This document shows positions 1-7,867 of a DNA stretch of 37,507 nucleotides, piece by piece; position 1 is the stretch's first letter; each line of letters opens with the position of its first letter. The stretch covers positions 1-37,507 of IMG/VR virus record IMGVR_UViG_3300005326_000090. The stretch is one strand, 5' to 3'. A program made the translations under genes and the position numbers. The notes under the pieces are model-generated. The model worked only from the letters and a program-made list of their open reading frames with translations, had not been told where the DNA came from and searched no databases. This DNA comes from a virus (taxonomy: Duplodnaviria > Caudoviricetes).

Positions 1-47
1 CTTTCACAACCCTGTGATATTTGATGATGGGTATTTACAATTTGAAT
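1..47. repeat. Terminal direct repeat copy 1 (assembly overlap, circular genome)
   Basis: Identical to 37461-37507. Confidence 0.97.
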
Positions 48-355
48 CAGATGGTCAAGCCCCCATAGGTGATTATGGCGAGGATAGATTTGAGATTATG
101 CAATTCACAGGACTCAAAGACAAAAACGGCAAGGAGATATATGAGGGGGATATTGTGGAAAATAAGACACAAATTGTCAAAGAAATTAAAGATAAATATA
201 TCTTCACGGGTAAATATAAAAAGACAAGATATGTAGCGACTTGGAATGAACACTGGGCGCAGTGGGACATTATAGAAGGTGCGGAACGAGGAGAGCTTGA
301 AGTCATCGGCAACATCTACGATAACCCTGAATTACTAAATAGCGAAAGGGAATGA
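1..355 (+). CDS. YopX family protein, 3' part (gene starts at 37378 and crosses the junction)
   Basis: QFTGLKDKNGKEIYEGDIV and EVIGNIYDNPELL motifs; in frame with MRKIKFRAWD at 37378. Confidence 0.93.
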   Translation, partial: FHNPVIFDDGYLQFESDGQAPIGDYGEDRFEIMQFTGLKDKNGKEIYEGDIVENKTQIVKEIKDKYIFTGKYKKTRYVATWNEHWAQWDIIEGAERGELEVIGNIYDNPELLNSERE

Positions 356-612
356 AGATAAGAAAAGAAATTGAGGAAAAACTGATTAAAGATGTTCAAT
401 ACGAACTAGACGAAATGGATATTGAAGGTATGGTAAAGCGACTCGTCCAAAAGAAAGAGGTCAAAGAGGCGGTTGCCAGACTTGTTCAAGATAAGATTGC
501 TCAGTTGGTGCAAGAAAGAGCCTTTATGAGAATACAGAAGCAAATGCCGATTATTGACGCTTGTGTAAACGAGAAGGTACAAGAGTTTTTATACAAATTA
601 GGAGTTAAATAG
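352..612 (+). CDS. Hypothetical protein
   Basis: ATGA overlap with yopX stop; 86 aa helical. Confidence 0.75.
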   Translation: MKIRKEIEEKLIKDVQYELDEMDIEGMVKRLVQKKEVKEAVARLVQDKIAQLVQERAFMRIQKQMPIIDACVNEKVQEFLYKLGVK

Positions 613-633
613 GTTACTAAATAGCGAAAAGAA

Positions 634-963
634 ATGAAAGAAATATACGTCGCACCACACTCAAAGATTCCAGTAGGGTGTCTAGTTAAATTTGAGGAGG
701 AAAAACAGAGGTACACGGTCATGGCATCAAACGTAGCCTTTGCCATTTGCACCAAGCCCATGAACGCCCACAAGACTGTCCTATACACCATAATCGACTG
801 GGGTCACGACATCAGAGGAAGAGAGAATCTGGTGTTTGGCATGGGAGCGGAGACACAAGAACAGTGTGAAGAAATGCTAGAGAGATTGACTTCCGGCGAC
901 AGTGAGGTATCGGAAAGAAACGACATACCATTAAAAATCGAGGCCATTTACTACAAGCAATGA
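634..963 (+). CDS. Hypothetical phage protein
   Basis: 109 aa ORF, A-rich upstream, operon packing. Confidence 0.75.
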   Translation: MKEIYVAPHSKIPVGCLVKFEEEKQRYTVMASNVAFAICTKPMNAHKTVLYTIIDWGHDIRGRENLVFGMGAETQEQCEEMLERLTSGDSEVSERNDIPLKIEAIYYKQ

Positions 964-1097
964 AACAATTTATAGCCGAAACCATAATAGAATTTATCGA
1001 GAAAATGATTGTACCGGCACTAAAACGTTGCGGATACCACATGGAGTACGACATCACACCGGACGACACAACCCAAGGTAGTGCCTTATTTGTTTGA
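960..1097 (+). CDS. Small hypothetical protein (45 aa, MKQFIAETII...)
   Basis: ATGA overlap, fills the gap; translated by hand. Confidence 0.55.
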   Translation: MKQFIAETIIEFIEKMIVPALKRCGYHMEYDITPDDTTQGSALFV

Positions 1098-1109
1098 TAA
1101 ACTAGAATC

Positions 1110-1442
1110 ATGGCACAAGAAACTGTCCCACTCAGACGATATGTAGAAATGCTAATCGGAAACGTCAAAGAGTCCGTTAAAACGGCCTACGCTTCAATGG
1201 AGAAGAGACTGGAGGGCATGAACGAGTTCCGCGACACCCTCAAAGATCAGGCGAGTAAGTTCGTGACCAGAGACGAGATGAACGCCAAATTTGAGGCACT
1301 AGACAAGCAGGTAGACGACCTCCGGATGAGTAAGGCATCACTAGACGGAAAGGCATCACAACAGGCAGTAACCACGGCACTCCTGATCAGTTTGGCGAGC
1401 ATAATTCTCGGCATCATCGGAATAATAATCAACTTCGTTTAG
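1110..1442 (+). CDS. Coiled-coil protein with C-terminal transmembrane helix
   Basis: Ends ALLISLASIILGIIGIIINFV. Confidence 0.8.
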   Translation: MAQETVPLRRYVEMLIGNVKESVKTAYASMEKRLEGMNEFRDTLKDQASKFVTRDEMNAKFEALDKQVDDLRMSKASLDGKASQQAVTTALLISLASIILGIIGIIINFV

Positions 1443-1456
1443 GTACTTGATTAAAC

Positions 1457-1486
1457 TTGATTCTCACGATTAAATGGTTATATAAT
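1457..1486 (+). promoter_or_regulatory. Sigma70-like promoter
   Basis: TTGATT-N18-TATAAT. Confidence 0.6.
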
Positions 1487-1515
1487 TAAATAAGATTAGT
1501 AAATACAAGCACAAA

Positions 1516-1722
1516 ATGAACGACACGGTAGGAACTTACAAAAAATTTATCGAACCGATCAAATGGGGTATCCAAACCAACACCGCCTCAAAGGAAGAAC
1601 TGCTGGCCTATGTCAACCGACTAGAGAGCTTCGCCATAGGATTGGTAATCGGAGCTGAAATGGTGGGCGGAAAAGTAGGTGAGCTAGCCAAGGAAATTAA
1701 CAAACTAAACAAAGCCAAGTGA
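1516..1722 (+). CDS. Hypothetical protein
   Basis: 68 aa ORF after promoter. Confidence 0.7.
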   Translation: MNDTVGTYKKFIEPIKWGIQTNTASKEELLAYVNRLESFAIGLVIGAEMVGGKVGELAKEINKLNKAK

Positions 1723-2015
1723 AAACCAAAGCACAAATAATAGAACAAGTGATCGAAGATGCGATCAAGGTAACCATAGAAGACGAGGCACAACTGACCA
1801 TGATCCGCCGGACACTATTGAAGCTAATCGACCCCAAACAAGAGCAACTGAGAGGTAAACTCCAACAGGAAATGCTCACGTACAAAGTCCGATTGGAACA
1901 GCAAAGACAAGGGATTGAGATACTGAAAGAGATGTTGGAAACGGAAGAAAAGAAGAATAATGAGTATGTTTTACCTACTGAGAAGATAGAGATAACTCAT
2001 ACAGGGATTTTCTAG
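1719..2015 (+). CDS. Hypothetical coiled-coil protein
   Basis: GTGA overlap, 98 aa. Confidence 0.7.
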   Translation: MKTKAQIIEQVIEDAIKVTIEDEAQLTMIRRTLLKLIDPKQEQLRGKLQQEMLTYKVRLEQQRQGIEILKEMLETEEKKNNEYVLPTEKIEITHTGIF

Positions 2016-2066
2016 GCATGGAGACAAAGAAATCCCCGCAAGTCGTAAAAACGCAACATAACCTAT

Positions 2067-2303
2067 ATGATACTGCTCGAAATACCACCATACGGAAAAA
2101 CCTACGACCTCACCTATCCGGCGGCAAGAGAGACACTACACACTGACCTAACGAATGACGGCTTTTTCGAACTGGAGTGGGGAAAGCCATATAAAGATAT
2201 TCTGTCCCAGCCAGTGGTATCGACCAAAGAGATCAACGAGTTTCTGAATAACGTCCTAGATTTTATTAAACTCAAATACGGCAAAAACAAGAAAATAGAC
2301 TAA
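2067..2303 (+). CDS. Hypothetical protein
   Basis: 78 aa, TAATG coupling to next gene. Confidence 0.65.
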   Translation: MILLEIPPYGKTYDLTYPAARETLHTDLTNDGFFELEWGKPYKDILSQPVVSTKEINEFLNNVLDFIKLKYGKNKKID

Positions 2304-2623
2304 TGGAAAAAATAACGATAAAAAATAGCGATGAGGTCAGAGAAAGGCAAAAGGTTGCCGCCAGAAAGTATTATCACTCAGAGAAAGGACGTGTTGCCCA
2401 CAGACGTAAAAATGCTGAATACTACGAAAAGAACAAAGAAAAGAAAAAGGCAAGAATGAAGATAGCCTATTTGGTAAGGGTAGGAAAGGTTATTCCTGGG
2501 AAATGCGAAGTTGTTGGATGCAATGAGAAGACTCAACCGCATCACGATGACTACTCGCAACCACTTAAAGTAAGATGGTTTTGCAGAAATCACCATTTAG
2601 AACTGCACTACAAAAGAATATGA
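2303..2623 (+). CDS. Basic protein with HNH-like zinc-binding C-terminus
   Basis: CEVVGC...PHHDDYSQPLKVRWFCRNHH. Confidence 0.7.
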   Translation: MEKITIKNSDEVRERQKVAARKYYHSEKGRVAHRRKNAEYYEKNKEKKKARMKIAYLVRVGKVIPGKCEVVGCNEKTQPHHDDYSQPLKVRWFCRNHHLELHYKRI

Positions 2624-3189
2624 GTTGGTGGATTAAAAAGAAAAAACGATGCAAATGCTCCTGTCACTTCGTGCCGGTAGATGGTGTCGTGAATGAAGAG
2701 CCAAAACATTGCAAATTATGCAGTCCTCACACCAAGGTAGGAAGAGCGTTGCGACAGACCGGCCGGAGCGAGCGATCCAAGGTGATGAGAGAGATTGATG
2801 AGGTGGTAAGCCTGATCGTCCGGATCAAGGCAGATTGGACGTGCAAGAAGTGCGGTCGGTACTACGAGCCAACCATGACATTAAAAGGCGTTCTAGGACA
2901 AAAGCTGATGACGACAAGCCACTATTTTAGCCGAGGTGACATAAGCGGTCGCTGGGACTTCGACAACCTAGACGCATTTTGTATATTTTGTCATCAAGCG
3001 GTTGAAAACAAAAAAACGATTACTGTGGGGGAATTCAACTACGAACAGTACATGATCAAAAAACTCGGTGCTGAAAGGTTTGAGAGACTAAGATTGATGT
3101 GTACCCAGACCACCAAGTACAGCACCGCCGAACTCGGACTGCTCCTGATGGATTATAAAAAACAACTCAACGCACTATGCAAGAAGTAA
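2620..3189 (+). CDS. NinG/Rap-like HNH nuclease
   Basis: VRIKADWTCKKCG...SHYFSRG...RWDFDNLDAFCIFCH; start set at the ATGA overlap. Confidence 0.75.
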   Translation: MSWWIKKKKRCKCSCHFVPVDGVVNEEPKHCKLCSPHTKVGRALRQTGRSERSKVMREIDEVVSLIVRIKADWTCKKCGRYYEPTMTLKGVLGQKLMTTSHYFSRGDISGRWDFDNLDAFCIFCHQAVENKKTITVGEFNYEQYMIKKLGAERFERLRLMCTQTTKYSTAELGLLLMDYKKQLNALCKK

Positions 3190-4472
3190 CAGAGAGACAA
3201 TTACTCGAACTGACACCGTACCCAGTCAACCCCCGATCGATAACCAAAGACAAGTTTGAAGACCTAAAAAGCAAAATAAAACGATGGGGACAGCTAGGCG
3301 CGCTCCTGATCGATGGCAGAGACAACCGGACAATTCTCGGAGGAAATCACGCATTCGAAGCCATGAAAGAACTGGGAATGACCACGGCAAAAGTGGAGTA
3401 CCGGACACCAAAAGACGATGCAGAGGCACTAGAACTCGTTATCGTCCACAACGAACGATACGCATCGTGGGTAGAGCAAGATCTGGCAGAATTACTTCAC
3501 CAGTACAAAGATAACATCGACCTGAGTAAATACTCGATAGATTTAGGCAAAAGCACCGATGCCAACAAAATCCTAGCCCGATACGGAGAAACTGACGAAG
3601 ACGAAGCCCCAGGACTCGGCGAGGGAGACTCCATCAGCAAGACCGGAGAAGTATACCAACTCGGACGACACCGCCTGATGTGTGGGGATTCTACCAACCC
3701 AGAGGACATGGCCAAGCTAATGAACGGCGAAAAAGCATCAGTCATCGTCACCGATCCACCGTACGGAGTAAGTTACGAGGGAAATCCAAACGGTAGCGAC
3801 TGGGACATGATTGAGAATGACGACTTGAGAGGTGAAGCATTAAACAAATTCCTCCTCGCCGCATTTGAAAACATTTCCGAGAACAGCATCCCGAACTGTC
3901 CGGCGTACGTTTTCTACGCATCCAGTACACACATCGAGTTCCAACAAGCCCTTGAGGCGTCAGGATGGCGCGTAAGACAGCAGATCATCTGGGCAAAGCA
4001 CATGGTGATAGGCAACTCCGACTACCATTGGACACACGAACCAGTCCTTTACTGCGCCAAAGGGAAAGAGAGGCCACCATTTTACGGAGACAGAACAAAC
4101 CGGACAGTGATCGACACGGTCGGGTATCAAGAACTCCAGCGACTTACCAAAGAGGCCTTACTGGGCATTCTAATGAGCATCAAAAGCTGTAGTACCCTCC
4201 AAAACGTCCAGAAAGATACCCAACACTACGTCCATCCAACTCAGAAACCAGTCGGAATCATGACTCCATTTATCAAGAACTCCAGCGACTTAAATCAGAT
4301 CGTCCTCGATGCGTTTGCAGGATCAGGATCGACCTTAATTGCCGCTCACCAACTCGACCGGATAGCCTACTGCATGGAGTTCTCCGGACTGTTCTGTGAC
4401 GTAATCAGAAGACGGTACGCCAAGTTTATAGGAGAAGAAACAAGGTGGGAGGAGGTCACCCCAGCCGTATGA
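3177..4472 (+). CDS. ParB-like N-terminal domain fused to N6-A/N4-C DNA methyltransferase (beta-class motif order)
   Basis: NPR...ILGGNH N-terminus; LGRHRLMCGDST, TDPPY, HPTQKP, DAFAGSGST. Confidence 0.92.
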   Translation: MQEVTERQLLELTPYPVNPRSITKDKFEDLKSKIKRWGQLGALLIDGRDNRTILGGNHAFEAMKELGMTTAKVEYRTPKDDAEALELVIVHNERYASWVEQDLAELLHQYKDNIDLSKYSIDLGKSTDANKILARYGETDEDEAPGLGEGDSISKTGEVYQLGRHRLMCGDSTNPEDMAKLMNGEKASVIVTDPPYGVSYEGNPNGSDWDMIENDDLRGEALNKFLLAAFENISENSIPNCPAYVFYASSTHIEFQQALEASGWRVRQQIIWAKHMVIGNSDYHWTHEPVLYCAKGKERPPFYGDRTNRTVIDTVGYQELQRLTKEALLGILMSIKSCSTLQNVQKDTQHYVHPTQKPVGIMTPFIKNSSDLNQIVLDAFAGSGSTLIAAHQLDRIAYCMEFSGLFCDVIRRRYAKFIGEETRWEEVTPAV

Positions 4473-4732
4473 TCAGGAAGACCGACAACACCTACGAGGC
4501 CGCATTCTACATGATGTTCGGAGCGATTGTGGAAAACGTGAGGACAAGTCGCCTAAACAACACCCAGGCGCACAAAAAGATGTTCCGGAACATGTGGATA
4601 ATCGAGCTTTCCAACGTACCGGAGGACAAGGTGAGAGAGTGGGGATTCGGAACGGCGATGGCCAATGTGAGGGATTACGAGAGCGCAAGGAAGAAGCTAA
4701 AAAAACTGATCGTAAAGAGGCTGTACACTTGA
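4469..4732 (+). CDS. Hypothetical protein
   Basis: ATGA overlap with the methyltransferase stop. Confidence 0.7.
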   Translation: MIRKTDNTYEAAFYMMFGAIVENVRTSRLNNTQAHKKMFRNMWIIELSNVPEDKVREWGFGTAMANVRDYESARKKLKKLIVKRLYT

Positions 4733-4756
4733 CAAAACCTTATGTAATTATATAAT
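4729..4756 (+). promoter_or_regulatory. Sigma70 promoter with CTTATGTAA box in the spacer
   Basis: TTGACA-N16-TATAAT. Confidence 0.8.
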
Positions 4757-4765
4757 CAAAAGCAA

Positions 4766-4936
4766 ATGAGCAAAGCAAAGATGGACGCATTACTTCAAGA
4801 AAAAAAGGTGATCACAACCGTGTACATAAGCGAACTGGTGAAACTGAGAGCCGACAGGTACGCCGCCAACAAACTTATGAAAAAGGGAGAACTTCAAGAA
4901 AAAGCCCTCATCGAATACATGCAAAATCATCCATGA
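4766..4936 (+). CDS. Small ribbon-helix-helix (CopG/Arc-like) regulator candidate, 56 aa
   Basis: VITTVYISELVKLRADRYA...KGELQEKALIEYM strand-helix-helix pattern; below the ORF-track cutoff. Confidence 0.6.
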   Translation: MSKAKMDALLQEKKVITTVYISELVKLRADRYAANKLMKKGELQEKALIEYMQNHP

Positions 4937-5085
4937 CCAAAATAGTGTTCGCTACACTCCTACTTGCGCCAATAGCATTCGAACTGGGTAGGGCATCGGT
5001 GGCGAGGACGGTAGATTGGCCAGATTACGTGAGCGCAATATCGATAATCGTCGTAGGAATCTGGGCAATAACAACAAGCAAATAA
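4933..5085 (+). CDS. Small membrane protein, 50 aa
   Basis: ATGA overlap; two hydrophobic segments. Confidence 0.55.
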   Translation: MTKIVFATLLLAPIAFELGRASVARTVDWPDYVSAISIIVVGIWAITTSK

Positions 5086-5086
5086 A

Positions 5087-5551
5087 ATGGACGACAAACC
5101 AATACTCCAAGAAGAAACAAAGAAAGTCCTGATCGAAAACGGTAAGTTTGATCCGGAGATGAGTGTGCTGACCGAGGTAACCAACCTCGAGGGAATGATA
5201 TTCGGACTGGACAAAGAGATCGCCAACCAAAAAGACTGGAAGAACCAAGCATACAAGGAGCGCGACCGGCTCGTGGCACTTTTGTCAAAAATCTACCCAG
5301 CGCACCTGTGTAGACACGATGAAGCCGATACCGAATGGGAAAATGACTGGAGATGGATCGTCTGCATTCACACACCGGCTGGACAAGCCACATGGCACAT
5401 CAACGATACGGAACTCATTATGTTCAATCACCTCCCCAGACTCGCAAACCATTGGGACGGACACAGTACAGCAGAAAAGTACGTGAGACTCGGATCGATC
5501 AAGCGAAAACGAGTCACGCTCAAACTCCTCCAAAAACAAATCGGCATTTGA
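5087..5551 (+). CDS. WDGH-motif phage protein
   Basis: YKERDRLVALL...TPAGQATWH...WDGHSTAEKYVRL. Confidence 0.75.
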   Translation: MDDKPILQEETKKVLIENGKFDPEMSVLTEVTNLEGMIFGLDKEIANQKDWKNQAYKERDRLVALLSKIYPAHLCRHDEADTEWENDWRWIVCIHTPAGQATWHINDTELIMFNHLPRLANHWDGHSTAEKYVRLGSIKRKRVTLKLLQKQIGI

Positions 5552-5577
5552 CGACCACTCAAAAACAGTTGTATGAT
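5548..5577 (+). promoter_or_regulatory. Sigma70-like promoter, very short leader
   Basis: TTGACG-N18-TATGAT, 8 nt before ATG 5586. Confidence 0.55.
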
Positions 5578-5585
5578 ATTCTCAT

Positions 5586-6278
5586 ATGGAATTAAATCGA
5601 TCTTACATTGTACCGCAGACACTCGAATTCAATTTCCCAGGCGCAGTCAAAGCTACAGCAGTCCTAACGGCAACCGCTATCGTTCTCAATAACGAAACGG
5701 TCACGATAGGAGAAACGGTTTATACATTCAAGACCACACTCACCGGAGCTGCGTTTGAAGTTTTGATCGGAGTCTCACTCGCAACCGCCCTAGACAACCT
5801 CAAGGTAGCCATTAACGCCGGAGCAGGAGAGGGAACCGTATACGGCACAGGTACTACAGCCCACCCAGACGTGACCGCCACGACCAACACGGACACCGCC
5901 CAGACCATCGAAGCCAAAGTAGCCAACCTAGCAGGAAACGACATCGTTACCACAGAAACCTCAACCGTAGCCTCTTGGGCATCCGCAACCATGACCGGAG
6001 GTGCCGGAGTCCTCACATTGACCTTACCGGTAACCGACAACGGTGGAATTTGTACAAAGATGATCACGATCACCCCAGCAGTCGCCGGAGCCGCACTCAC
6101 AGCAGACATCGAATTGCTTGACGAAGACGGCAGACAGATCATCCTCGTAAACGACCAGGCAGAATCAACCTCCACACCTACTGCCATAGGTTTCATAATC
6201 GCGCCAACTGATACCATCAAGGTGACATACTCCGCCATCCCTGGCGCAGATTCCCAGATCGCCGTCCTCTTGAGGTAA
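5586..6278 (+). CDS. Thr/Ala-rich beta protein, probable virion decoration or structural protein
   Basis: 230 aa; ETVTIGETVYTFKT...LATALDNLKVAIN pattern typical of phage structural domains. Confidence 0.6.
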   Translation: MELNRSYIVPQTLEFNFPGAVKATAVLTATAIVLNNETVTIGETVYTFKTTLTGAAFEVLIGVSLATALDNLKVAINAGAGEGTVYGTGTTAHPDVTATTNTDTAQTIEAKVANLAGNDIVTTETSTVASWASATMTGGAGVLTLTLPVTDNGGICTKMITITPAVAGAALTADIELLDEDGRQIILVNDQAESTSTPTAIGFIIAPTDTIKVTYSAIPGADSQIAVLLR

Positions 6279-6321
6279 ACTGATTGGAAGTTAATAACTA
6301 TAGCTCCGAAATGGAACACCT

Positions 6322-6789
6322 ATGGTCGAAGATGCACAAATCGCTGAAGTAAAACCCCAAAACGTAGAAATCGAGAAACAAAAACGTCGAGAGAGCGTCC
6401 AGTTTGTAAAATGGACAAAACTTTTCATGCTTAAAACAATCGATGGTCAGGTGAATACTTTGTACGGAAACGCCACCAAATGCGCCCTAGCGACCTATGG
6501 TGCCAAAAAATATGCTACAGCCGCCCAGATCGGATACCTGAACTACAAGAAGCTCAAGGGCATGAAAGAGTACATCCTCGACAATGAGGGATATGGACTT
6601 GCAGACCTGATGAAAATAGGACTGGCCAAAGTGCTGAAAGGAAACTACCAAGACTGGGAAAGCTTCATGATCCAGATGGGACACCTACAACCTCAACCCA
6701 AGGTGGGAGTAGCCATCCAAAACAACTTCAATATGGCTGATTTACAGACCGCAGTCGCTCAATCACGCAAGGAAAGAGGGTTGCAATAA
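6322..6789 (+). CDS. terS: Terminase small subunit (probable)
   Basis: GNATKCALATYG...AAQIGYLNYKKL HTH-like motif; upstream of TerL. Confidence 0.65.
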   Translation: MVEDAQIAEVKPQNVEIEKQKRRESVQFVKWTKLFMLKTIDGQVNTLYGNATKCALATYGAKKYATAAQIGYLNYKKLKGMKEYILDNEGYGLADLMKIGLAKVLKGNYQDWESFMIQMGHLQPQPKVGVAIQNNFNMADLQTAVAQSRKERGLQ

Positions 6790-6819
6790 TTAAATAATGA
6801 GTGATAATTAAATAAGAAT

Positions 6820-7083
6820 ATGCCGAAAAAAAAGGTAGAAAATATCAACGAGAACGCCGCACTTGCGATGACTGATTTGACACTTGCATTGGTACAGGCA
6901 AGACAACAGTTGGAGAGAATGAGAGACATCACCCAAAAAGGAAACGGAGCCAGAGAAATATCCATAGCTTTGATGAAAGTAGAAGAAGCCGAAATGTGGC
7001 TAGGTAGAGCCGTGACAACTTTGATAATCTTAAAAGACAACCAAGATGGTAGGTCAGTATCCAACGGAACTCATAAGCCGTAA
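6820..7083 (+). CDS. Hypothetical protein
   Basis: 87 aa; REISIALMKVEEAEMWL motif; 3' end overlaps a tRNA-like element. Confidence 0.7.
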   Translation: MPKKKVENINENAALAMTDLTLALVQARQQLERMRDITQKGNGAREISIALMKVEEAEMWLGRAVTTLIILKDNQDGRSVSNGTHKP

Positions 7084-7109
7084 ACAAGGTGCGACTCCTT
7101 GATCTTGGA
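7041..7109 (+). tRNA. Degenerate tRNA-Met(CAT)-like element
   Basis: Acceptor CCAAGAT/ATCTTGG, T-arm CAAGG-TGCGACT-CCTTG, loop CTCATAA in an imperfect ACGG/CCGT stem, reduced D-arm. Confidence 0.5.
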
Positions 7110-7112
7110 ACT

Positions 7113-7169
7113 TGGGGGGACATGGTGCAGGAGCGTATACCTGAGAGGTTCGAATCCTTTGCCCTCCAC
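7113..7169 (+). ncRNA. D-armless tRNA-like element
   Basis: TGGGGGG/CCCTCCA acceptor, AGAGG-TTCGAAT-CCTTT T-arm, one extra hairpin CAGG-AGCGTATA-CCTG. Confidence 0.5.
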
Positions 7170-7173
7170 ACAA

Positions 7174-7271
7174 GCCGAGGCTCGCAGGAATGCCGTACAC
7201 ACGACAGGTGAAAGGCCTGAGGTGGCTGAAAAGCCCGAAAGAGCAACCTGCAACCCGAAAGTAAAATCGGC
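7174..7271 (+). ncRNA. Putative multi-stem structured RNA
   Basis: GCCGA/TCGGC and GCAGG/CCTGC stems enclose CGT-ACAC-ACG, CAGG-TGAAAGG-CCTG and GGCT-GAAA-AGCC hairpins. Confidence 0.5.
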
Positions 7272-7277
7272 GTTATT

Positions 7278-7359
7278 GGGAGAGTAGCTAAGAGGTAAAA
7301 GCAGTGCGCTATCGAGCAGTCGTGCGCACCAAGCGTGGGTTCGATCCCCACCTCCCCCA
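7278..7359 (+). tRNA. Atypical tRNA-like element with extended anticodon arm (isotype undetermined)
   Basis: GGGAGAG/CTCCCCC acceptor (1 mismatch), GCT/AGC D-stem, GTGGG-TTCGATC-CCCAC T-arm; GTGCGC/GCGCAC stem encloses 14 nt. Confidence 0.6.
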
Positions 7360-7407
7360 TTGCGACAGCGCAATCTATGGACTGACACTACCTAGAGTGG
7401 GCTGTCT

Positions 7408-7484
7408 GCGAGAGTAGCTCAGTCGGTTAGAGCGAGTGTTTTCCAAACACTAGGTCACCAGTTCGATTCTGGTCTCTCGCTCCA
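7408..7484 (+). tRNA. tRNA-Gly(TCC)
   Basis: Canonical cloverleaf: GCGAGAG/CTCTCGC, AGTGT-TTTCCAA-ACACT, GTTCGATTC, U73 and encoded CCA. Confidence 0.93.
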
Positions 7485-7867
7485 TGTCATACGATGGAGA
7501 GAAACACTACTGTGCCAAATGTAAACGCCAACACCGTGAGTGGGGGTGGATTAAACATAACGAAAAATTCTATTGCCGGAAATATATGTGGTGCGCCGGA
7601 TGCCAAAAGATACACGAATCGACCCCGTATGCCAGGACAATGACCAACCCCGAGACAAAAGAAACCGAGTGGTACTGCCAGAAGTGGGCTAGACCAAAAA
7701 TAGCAACACCAGAAGAGAGAGCCAAGGATATGTCGCCGGAAGAAGTGATGAGTGGTGTCCACATGGGCATGGACAGAGTAAAAGCGATGGGAACCGACTC
7801 CGAGGACTACCACGTTGAACAAGCAAGGCAAAAAGAGTTCATTGATGAAGCCTTGGAAAGCATATGA
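7484..7867 (+). CDS. Cys/His-rich putative zinc-binding protein
   Basis: CAKCKRQH, YCRKY, CAGCQKIH, YCQKW repeats. Confidence 0.7.
   Translation: MSYDGEKHYCAKCKRQHREWGWIKHNEKFYCRKYMWCAGCQKIHESTPYARTMTNPETKETEWYCQKWARPKIATPEERAKDMSPEEVMSGVHMGMDRVKAMGTDSEDYHVEQARQKEFIDEALESI

Noticed and set aside
7364-7407. Hairpin sharing TGGGCTGTCT with the nuclease leader (29626-29635), as an antisense regulator
   Set aside because: Only 10 nt and sequestered in a stem; plausible by chance.
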